Under the pieces are notes generated by a model. It was not told the DNA's origin. It was given only the letters and a program-made list of their open reading frames with translations, and ran no database searches. A program made the translations under genes and the position numbers. A stretch of DNA of 64,000 nucleotides, taken from positions 32,001 to 96,000 of IMG/VR virus record IMGVR_UViG_2868569063_000004, one strand, 5' to 3'. The first letter of the stretch is position 1; every line of letters starts with the position of its first letter. Positions 1 to 8,586 of this stretch are shown piece by piece. This stretch comes from a virus. Its lineage: Duplodnaviria > Caudoviricetes.

Positions 1-3000
1 AGCGTGTACTTCTACATTTGCTCCTTTAGAATTTGCTGTACTTTGAGCTTGCATAAGCTCATCAAATTCTTCTTTATTGTTTACTTCGCAATCAACAACT
101 AATTTAGCTCCATTGGTAGGGGCAGATTCAATTAATTCGGTGGCCTTCTCAACATCCTCTTCACCATTAACTTCCATATCAATAGTAGCTGTAGTATCAG
201 ATGGCATAGATTCAATTGTAGATTTTGCTTGTTCAAAACTACCTTCATTAGAAACATCACAGTTTAAAGTTACAGTGGATCCAGAAACGTTTTGTAAGTT
301 TTCAATATCTGATTCTGCTTCACTGGTATCTGCTTCAACATCAACTTTTGCCGTTATGTCGTCATTTGACATTTTAAGCAATTGGTCTTCTGCAGTTTGT
401 ATATTATCAGTATCTACTAATTTAACTTTAGAATCAGTCTGAGCTTGCTGTAAAGTTTCAAAAGCTGCATTAGCATCTTGAGTAGCTTGATCCAGAGTGT
501 TATCCATGCCTTTTTGGTATAATTGGGTCTGGACATCCATTTCATTCTTAGCTTGCATAAAGTCTTGAGCAGCTTTTACAATACTAGAACTAGAATCGGC
601 TTGAGATATATCAGAGGAGTTATATTCTACGTCTTGCTCATGCGAAATAGCTCCTGTATACACAGTCTGGAGTTCTTCGCCACCAGTAATCTCTGGATGG
701 TATTTACCATCCCGATCTCTATACTTATCTACTTCTGTTCCTAAATCAGTTACTTGCTGATGAATAGAATCTAAATCAGTTGAATCAAAATCAAATTTAT
801 AAGTTTTTCCTGTGAGATCAGTTAATTCATTTTGAGCTTCTTTCGCTTCGGTAACTACAGAATCCAGATTTTTTGTTGCATCAGTAGTATCCGTATTAAC
901 CTTTAAAATACCTAAACCTTCAAGAGCAGTAAGAATCTGGTCTTTAGACAACTGAGTCTTATCTGCTAACTGTTGTATGGCATCTTCAGCCTGTTCCATA
1001 CCCTCAACATTATAAGCACCATCATTTAATTTGATGCCATCTAATTGTGTACGGTTATATTTAGAAAGGGTTTCAAATGACTTTTCAGTAGCGGCATCAT
1101 TTTCCTTATGTGCAGCAGTAAGAGCTTCTAATGAGTGTGTGTATTCAGCAACTCTGTCAGGATCATCACCTAATCCCATCTGTTCAGCAGTCTGTGGTTT
1201 CTCCCAAGACCCCTTAGTAGTTTCTTTAGAGGAATTACTACTTTTCTCAGAATCTTTTAATTTACCAGCTTCTTTTAAAGCCTCAATAACAGAACGAGCT
1301 TGGTCTTTAGTTAAACCGAGTTTTTCACATAAAGATTCAACAGCTTTTTCTGCATCACCTAATTCAGTGTCCCATTTACCATCATTGAAATCTATACCTT
1401 CTAACTGTTCAGAAGTATATTTTCCAAGAGTGTCTACTAAAGAAGTAACATCTGTGTTCTGTTCTTCATATGCTTTATTGATACCATCAAGAGCTGTAGT
1501 AACAGAAGCAGAATCTGTTATGATGCCATCCATTAATGAAGATACATCTGTTCCTAAAAGAGCTTCAACAGTTGTACCGGCAGAAGCAGCTAGCTCTTCT
1601 TGTTTAGCTTTTAATTGATTAATAGCTGCATTTCGCTGATCATTTGTCAATTGATCATTTTTTTGAACTCTTTTTATCTCTTCTTCGTAGGCTTGCGCTC
1701 CCATGGCAGATGAATTGAAATTATCAATAGCATTTTGAGCAGCATCTTCTGAATAAGACTCCATGTTATCATAGGTTTCTTTTAAATCCTGTTTATATTT
1801 ATTAACTTTATCCTCAGAAGCAGAAATAGCAGTAGTGTTAGTACTATCTGTATTTTTCAGTTCTTCGAGTCGTTTCTGTTCATCTGAAAGGGCAGAAGTA
1901 AGTTCTTGAGTTCTGTCTATACCTTCCTCTATAGATGATATAAAGTTATTATCAATACCATAATCACGAAGACGACCGAAGTTAGCACTCATGAATTCTT
2001 TGCTGATTCCCATTGATCGAGCGGCTTTACTCATATCATCTATGTCAAATGACCATCTTTTACTTGCATCATCATAAGATGCCATACCCTTAGATTTAAG
2101 ATCAGCTAAGAAATTATTAACACCTGTCTTATCTTCTGTGAGATATCTTACAGCTTTACCATAGTTCTCTGCAAAGTTTGCTCTATCATCTGAACCTGTA
2201 GGAGAAATAAGAGCGGCAAATGATTTAAAATCATCTGTACCTACAAGACCTTTATCATATGCATCTTTAGCATTCTTTAGTCCGGCGACAATGTTATTAT
2301 ATTTATCTCCGGCATTCTCCGTACTCTGGGCACGTTGCCACTGAGAATAATAGGAAAGAAGTTCCTGTTGCTGTTTCTTAGTTGCTTGCCATTCAGACTG
2401 AGATTGCATATAAGATAAATATTCGTTTCTAGCATCTTTTAATTTATCTTTTTCAGAATCATAGGCAGCTTTTTTATCATCTTCGTCTTCAGTTCCTTTA
2501 GCTTCTTTCCATGCTTTTTTTGCTTTATTTGTTACATCTGTTTGATCCTTAATAGCTTTGGTCTGTAACTTAATACCCTTTTCGAAATCTCCATCAGTGG
2601 CTTCAGCCTGATATTCCGTAAAGGTTTTCAAAGCATCTATGTTTAGTTTGATACCATCAGAAGTAGTGGTGAATAAATCATTAACATTTTGCTCAATGCC
2701 ACGAGGATCTTTCACATCTTTGAAAGCAGTAGAAAGGATCTTAACATTGTCTTTAGAAATTCCACCTGCAGAAGTAGTCTCTGTAAGAATAGTTCCCATA
2801 GAAGAAAGAGTAGACTTAGCAGTTGATACTTTCGTTTCCATTGAATCTAAAGAAACGGCTGCTTGATCACTCATATTTTTAGCTGCTTGTTTAGCCTTTT
2901 CGAATGCCGTATAAAATTCATCAATTGAACTTAAATCTTTATTATCAGTGATAACCTGTACAGCTATTTCAAGTTCATCTTGTGTAGCATTTTTTAGATC

Positions 3001-4740
3001 TTCTCTTACTTTTTCGGCATCGCCTTTAGTTTTGCTAGCCTTTGCTCCTTTCAGAGCATCTCTAACCCTATTAAGACTATCTTGATTCTCCCAAACAGTA
3101 TAAGCCTTATCATTGTCATCGTATTCAGTATGAGCAAAACCAAAAGCTTCGGCTAAAGTACCTTTAGTCCAGAAGTCGCTTTGAGAAATATCTGCTATAG
3201 ACTCAAGGACATCATCTCTTCTTGCAGCAAATTCTCTTACAGTTTCCTGGTCTTTAGGTTCCATTTCAAACAGTTGAGACCAAAGCTTTTGTTGATCTGG
3301 AGTAGCAGTAGCCATAGGGTTGACTACATTGTTACGGAGCCATGTGTCCATGTCTTTGCCGGATTCTTTAAAATTATTAAGCAATCTGGCATTGTCCGTA
3401 GAATTAAGCATATTATTCAACTGTGATTGAAATTCTGATGCTTTATCTTGATCGTCCCAGCTATCAAAAGAATCAATAGTACTTGCCATTGATTTGATAG
3501 AAGAAACCATTTCTCTTTTAGAGGCATCTATAGATTCTTGAGTATTAACTAAATTAGTATGAGCTTCTTGAAGTTCGCTATTATCTGAGTTTAAAACACT
3601 GGCAGCTTCACTATTAAGAAAATCTAACTGTTTACCATCAAATTCAAGAGTTATCTTTTGACCATCCGCAGATTGCTTATAACCTTTTATTGCTTTTCCA
3701 AATGTATTACCAAGTGCATCATATGCAGTTTGATCCAGTGTATAGGTGATGGTATCTTCTCCTTTTGTATGCTTTTTAAGCATGTCGGAAAATTTTTGTA
3801 CAGAATCAACTTTATATTTAGCTGCATCATATGCATTTTTGTATTCGTCTTGTTTGCCCTTATTCTCTCCTAAAGCAGTCTCATACCCTTTATACTGATC
3901 GCTAATATTTTTCTTTGTATCATAATAAGTAAGATTCCTCTGTAGCTTTAGATAATCATTGACCTGAGTGTTTAAATCCTCAGCATTAGTTCCTGCATTA
4001 AGAATAGCATTACCCTGAGAATCCCATGAACGTGTGAGACTAGGAGCAGCGGCAGCAATCTGATTACTCGTATCTAAGAAATCCTTATATTCATCATCTG
4101 TAAGACTAATATTTTTAATAGAATTACCGGATATTTTTACACCTTTGGACAATTCTGTGTATTTGGAAGTAAGTTCTCCAAGAGAAGCTTTCTGATCCTC
4201 ATAGGCTTTAGTTTGGGATTGAATGGATTCTTTTGCTTCTTGGCCTTTAGCAATTAAGTTCTCATTTTTATGAACGAAAGCGTCAATGCCTTTACCAAGC
4301 AATGAGAAAGCTCCTTGTACAAGCATTCCAACACCAGCAGAAATAAAAGCATTGCCAATCATTGAGAGACCAGCAGATGCCATACTTTTTAGACCATCGG
4401 ACCATTTGCCTTGTTTCTGTTGATCAGGTTTCTCCACCTCATTCTCTCTTTTAAAATCAGTGAGAGTCTTAGCATTAGTAGCTATTTGCTTGCCATAATC
4501 TTTGGCTCTTTGACTAGCATTCTTCGTTACTTCATTCGCTTTAGCCATACGTTGCTCGTTGTCTGTAATGGCCTGACCATTGTTATCAAGTTGCTTGTTA
4601 AGGTCTTTAAGAACTTCTAAATCATCTGAATATGCTTGATAATTTTTATTGGCTTCTGCATAGCCTTTTGCTATAGCAGCATTACGTTGAACTCTTCGTG
4701 ATTGTGGTAAAATTCCTCCATCTTCATTCTTGGCGAAAAC
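1..4740 (-). CDS. Tape measure protein, exon 2 (runs off window; absent from ORF track)
   Basis: Frame starts VFAKNEDGGILPQ at 4740; spot checks at 4380 (ASAGLSMIGNAFISAGVGML) and at 60-1 (ELMQAQSTANSKG) are open in the same frame. Ala/Ser/Lys-rich helical composition; no Shine-Dalgarno upstream; joins exon 1 in frame after splicing. Confidence 0.85.
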
Positions 4741-4758
4741 CAAACTGTGTGATATAAT
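4730..4758 (+). promoter_or_regulatory. Sigma-A-type promoter for intron cargo, straddling the 3' splice site
   Basis: TTGGCG-17 nt-TATAAT with extended -10 TG; upstream of SD AAGGA and ATG at 4803. Confidence 0.6.
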
Positions 4759-4802
4759 ATAGCAAATCTTAATTACTATATATAATAAAAAGAAGGAACA
4801 AT

Positions 4803-5309
4803 ATGGAAGAATTATTATTTTGCAATAAATGTGGAAAGACCAGTACATCTTCTTCTTATAAAATAGGGGATAGATGTTATACCTGTGAAATTGGAACCTA
4901 TATAGGCACTGGTATTGATTGGTCTACAGCATATATGGAGTTATCAAAAGAATATGAGAAAACTCATGACGGTCATTGTCCCAGTCATTTGGAATCATCT
5001 GAGATATTTAGGCAAAAATATTTTTATGGAAAGTTAGACAATGAAGTAGATTACTCTGCCGTTAAAAAAAGAAAATATAGTGAATCTCCTGAAGGAATAG
5101 AAGAGCAAAACAGGATAACAGATAGATGGTATGCCAAACAGAATGCTCAGAAATTCTCTACTGGGCCTAAGTGTCCAATCTGCGGCAGTACAAACCTTAA
5201 GAAAATCACTGGAACAAGAAAAGCAATGAAGATAGGTCTGTTTGGTCTTTTTGGAGCTGGTGACCTTGGTAAGACTTATCAGTGCTGTAAGTGTGGAGCT
5301 AGATTTTAA
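4803..5309 (+). CDS. Zinc-ribbon protein (intron cargo)
   Basis: 168 aa; CxxC pairs at the N-terminus and in the C-terminal PKCPICGS...YQCCKCG; SD present. Confidence 0.8.
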   Translation: MEELLFCNKCGKTSTSSSYKIGDRCYTCEIGTYIGTGIDWSTAYMELSKEYEKTHDGHCPSHLESSEIFRQKYFYGKLDNEVDYSAVKKRKYSESPEGIEEQNRITDRWYAKQNAQKFSTGPKCPICGSTNLKKITGTRKAMKIGLFGLFGAGDLGKTYQCCKCGARF

Positions 5310-6226
5310 TGAACATACCTGTAAATGCTAAAAGACAATTAGATAAAAGAGATATATATTGTATCTACCGGAGACCCAAAAAAGATAAAGATATATGCAC
5401 TTTACCTGATAGGCATTATTGTCAAATGTGTACGGCTAGACCACAGACAACATGTCGCTTAAAGGTTTCTCAGTATCGAAATGAACTAAATGCTCGCAAT
5501 AACAAAAAAGAATATCTTTTTGGTGTAGAAGTAGAACATGTTAGTAAAATTGATAAGAAGCTGAAACCAGCACAACATTCATTAAGCTCATTTACGGAAA
5601 GTTCTTCAAAAAATGCCAGTACAAGAACGTACAACTTGAATCATAATACTGTAGGCTCATATATTGATTATGGACCCAAATGGGATATTAAAAATTGGGC
5701 TGATTTTAAATATAAAGAAACCGTATATGTATTTAAGGGATTTTTGTATTGTGCAAAACATCATTCTGATTCATTGAGTCATGGACAAGTTATTATAAGA
5801 AATTTAAAAGGTACTAAAGAAAAGCATAGAGTAAATTTAATTTATTGTGCTAAGTGTAAAAAGTATTATATTGATGAAAGCCATTATAAAGATTTTATAA
5901 GACAGAAAGTATTGCTTGATTTTAGGATTAGGGCAAGCCATTCTCGTGGATATGGCTTTGGCGGATTCAAATCTGAATCTGAGTTACATCTTTATGGATA
6001 TAATGCACAAAGCTCTACACCTAAGTCGGTACGACAACAAGTTTTGTATGATGTTGTTTCCAATAGGTTAATGCGTGTAGAGGTTGTTATTTCACACTTA
6101 CAAGGACTCATTTCAATAAATGAATCAAGAAATGATAGAGCTACTGTTATCAAGCGCTACCGAGAAGATATGGATTTTTTATATGAGAAATTTCCAGGAG
6201 TAAGTATGGAATATAGAACCTTATAA
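5309..6226 (+). CDS. Hypothetical protein with Cys/His clusters (intron cargo)
   Basis: 305 aa; TAATG overlap with upstream gene; CQMC, CAKH and CAKC motifs. Confidence 0.75.
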   Translation: MNIPVNAKRQLDKRDIYCIYRRPKKDKDICTLPDRHYCQMCTARPQTTCRLKVSQYRNELNARNNKKEYLFGVEVEHVSKIDKKLKPAQHSLSSFTESSSKNASTRTYNLNHNTVGSYIDYGPKWDIKNWADFKYKETVYVFKGFLYCAKHHSDSLSHGQVIIRNLKGTKEKHRVNLIYCAKCKKYYIDESHYKDFIRQKVLLDFRIRASHSRGYGFGGFKSESELHLYGYNAQSSTPKSVRQQVLYDVVSNRLMRVEVVISHLQGLISINESRNDRATVIKRYREDMDFLYEKFPGVSMEYRTL

Positions 6227-6227
6227 C

Positions 6228-6332
6228 AAGAGCTTTAAATGTAATACGTGCGGATATACATAATGATAGTTTATGAGCAATTTAATCATAATCTGCCGGA
6301 AGTGCGGTTACACATGGTGGCTAAGAAGATAA
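6228..6332 (+). pseudogene. Two remnant C-termini of zinc-ribbon genes
   Basis: KSFKCNTCGYT* (6228-6263) and IICRKCGYTWWLRR* (to 6332) resemble the C-terminus of 4803-5309. Confidence 0.55.
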
Positions 6333-6863
6333 TTATGACAAATAAAATACTCTATCATCAATAATATCACATAATTTTTGTGTTTCAATTTCATTTTTTA
6401 ATAGGAAACATTTTCTTTTATCAAATATAAAGTAAAAGATTGTTTTAACATACAAGACAAAATATTTAAATTTTCTTGTAATAAATCTTTTATTCATATA
6501 AAGAGATGTTTTTATGAAACGAATTTTGCATTTGGAGGAAATATTTTTCATGGATGAATTCTTTCGTAAAATATTAAATGATTTTGTAGATGAGTATAAT
6601 CAACAGAATATATAAAATTTAATGAACTCACGTTCTGGATATACAAAGTTGTCGAATATTGTTATTATACTACTAGGTATATTATGGTTATAGGTGCTGC
6701 ATTATAACTCGCTGCACGATAATATACTTGATCATTTCTTTTGATCATGCAGAAGTGTTGGCATACATTCTGTATTGTTGATGCGGACGAAGAATCTGCC
6801 CGTTCTGGGCAATACACTTCCCCAATAAAGAAATTTATAAGGGAAGGGGGTGAAAAGAAGAAT

Positions 6864-7049
6864 ATGAATACTGGAATAATAATATCTCTTGGTAGTCTTT
6901 TACTTGTTGTAATATTAGCTGGTCTATATTATAACTCGAAAAATCATACCGTTGATCAAATTTGCAACCATCCAGAATTATCTGATGAGAAAGTCAAATT
7001 TATCACCGGAATGATGAAAAGACAATACAAGAATAAAAAAGTTGACTAA
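6864..7049 (+). CDS. Small single-TM membrane protein (intron cargo)
   Basis: 61 aa from MNTGIIISLGSLLLVVILAGLYY; G-rich SD; followed by hairpin at 7121. Confidence 0.65.
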   Translation: MNTGIIISLGSLLLVVILAGLYYNSKNHTVDQICNHPELSDEKVKFITGMMKRQYKNKKVD

Positions 7050-7120
7050 TCGCTAATAATGTTCTACTTTATCATTTAATTACTTCGTCATATGTATTTC
7101 TCTTTTTAAAATTTTTAATA

Positions 7121-7152
7121 GAAGGAGAACTGTCACAGCAGTTCTCCTTTCT
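7121..7152. terminator. Hairpin terminator between convergent cargo genes
   Basis: AAGGAGAACTG-tcacag-CAGTTCTCCTT. Confidence 0.65.
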
Positions 7153-7224
7153 GTGCACCAACACTTTGCATAATACTATAGGAAAGTTAACAATCTCGAC
7201 TGCATTGAATACAACCGAAAAAGA

Positions 7225-7395
7225 TTATTCGTATAAGTCATATCCTGGGAGTTGATTAGCAATTTCTTTTGGGTAATTACTGATAAATTTTGTTCTGCCA
7301 ATATCACTGATTTCTATAAGTAAATCTGTAATTTCGTTTGAGCTTAGATTTTGAATATATTCAGGAACTAATCTATCAAAAATGTTTTTATCCAT
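7225..7395 (-). CDS. Small hypothetical protein, 56 aa (intron cargo; not in ORF track)
   Basis: MDKNIFDRLVPEYIQ...GYDLYE*; SD AGGTG. Confidence 0.55.
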   Translation of the reverse strand: MDKNIFDRLVPEYIQNLSSNEITDLLIEISDIGRTKFISNYPKEIANQLPGYDLYE

Positions 7396-7440
7396 TAAAT
7401 ACACCTACTTTCAAAACTATATTATGGAGGTTTAAAGATT

Positions 7441-7551
7441 ATGGAAATATTAGAATGTCCTCTTTACAAAGAGTGTAAAGAAGAGGAATGTCCGTACTTT
7501 GAAAATGAAGATTGTACGTATTATACTAAGAAAGAGCAGGAGACTGAATAG
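7441..7551 (+). CDS. 36-aa Cys-rich peptide (intron cargo)
   Basis: MEILECPLYKECKEEECPYFENEDCTYYTKKEQETE*; SD GGAGG at 7426. Confidence 0.55.
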   Translation: MEILECPLYKECKEEECPYFENEDCTYYTKKEQETE

Positions 7552-7564
7552 TCTTTTGCTCTTT
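7531..7564. terminator. Possibly bidirectional terminator inside the intron cargo
   Basis: AAAGAGCAGGAGAC-tgaata-GTCTTTTGCTCTTT. Confidence 0.6.
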
Positions 7565-7659
7565 TGATGAATTTTGTAAGTATGTTTTATAAGTATCACA
7601 AGTAATACCTCTTATAACAGGAGAATCAATTATCTGACTTTTCTCTTTGCTAATAAACA

Positions 7660-8124
7660 TTAGCTCCAATTTACTCCCCATGATGTTACCTCCTCGAAAG
7701 TTATTTCTGGGAATATTTTCTGAACAACAGAAAAAGTAGTTAGTTTGACTTTTGTTTCATTTGTTTCTTGAAAATAGTAATGCACTAATTCTTCAATAAA
7801 TGCGAATAGTTGCATGTGTTGATTGTTAGATGTAATTATCCGTTCCATGGAGTATACTAAAAAAGACATACATCTTCCATAAGTGGTTGCTTCATTTTCG
7901 GTGACAGAAAAACTGCCATCTTTTGTAAATATTAGACTTACAGGAAATAATTTAGTAGGATCAATATTTTTTTCATATAAATGTTTGCTTAAGGATTCTA
8001 ATCCTTTAGTAAACAAATTGGCCAGTTCCTTTGACATTTCATAAGTTGCATTCATAAATAAGCATCCGTCAAAATATGGCGGAGCAATTGGTGCATAAGT
8101 TCTGATAGAATTATTTATTATCAT
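7660..8124 (-). CDS. Hypothetical protein, possible metallopeptidase-like fold (intron cargo)
   Basis: 154 aa; SD AGGAGG; EELVH resembles a degenerate HExxH motif. Confidence 0.7.
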   Translation of the reverse strand: MIINNSIRTYAPIAPPYFDGCLFMNATYEMSKELANLFTKGLESLSKHLYEKNIDPTKLFPVSLIFTKDGSFSVTENEATTYGRCMSFLVYSMERIITSNNQHMQLFAFIEELVHYYFQETNETKVKLTTFSVVQKIFPEITFEEVTSWGVNWS

Positions 8125-8586
8125 AGTTTTACCCTCCTATGTGAAATATAGCATAGAAGAATAATAAAGTAAAGATTTGTGCTTACATCACCTTTGCACA
8201 TAAGGTAAGATTGCTCACAAGAATAAGATGTATTTACCCTTTAATTTATTCGGCGTAAGCTGCCTAACAGTCCTGACTATTCCTTCTTGATCCGGAGACC
8301 AAGTTCCCATTATAGTCGATGAACGTTCTTCTCTATAAAATAAAGAAGCTTCGCTGCAGACCACCCATATATATACATTGTTACTATATCTATTACATTA
8401 CTGTAGTAGGGGAGTAGTATATACTTCGGTTCACCCTGAATGCCAAATTAAAAGCATTTCTCTATTCCTTCGAATAAAGACAGTTTCGGTTGTTTGCTTA
8501 GTAACCCCTTTCTCATATGAGATCGTTCCGTGTCACCACCAGGTTACATGGGGCGTTTTCTAAAGGACCAACTGATAATTTGTCCC

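Larger units (their letters stand above)
4741..8586 (-). ncRNA. Group I intron (3846 nt) in the tape measure gene, carrying a gene cassette
   Basis: Guide GAAAACGCCCCA (8560-8549) pairs with ligated exons UGGGGU|GUUUUC, with U-G at the 5' splice site. P7 strands GACUAU (8317-8312) and AUAGUC (8280-8275); P8 hairpin between them; P9.0 GGACUGU (8273-8267) / ACAGUUU (4748-4742); omega-G at 4741. Confidence 0.88.

Noticed and set aside
77-4620. Plus-strand ORFs in the track (77-442, 1031-1618, 2639-2866, 3181-3426 and others)
   Set aside because: Antisense shadows of the long minus-strand TMP exon 2; Ser/Phe-rich and without SD.
4741-4743. In-frame TTG as an independent start for a second TMP gene
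   Set aside because: No SD upstream; its G is the predicted omega-G, and the 12-nt guide match explains the junction better. Not formally excluded.
8378-8563. 61-aa plus-strand ORF
   Set aside because: Antisense to the group I intron core; no coding features.
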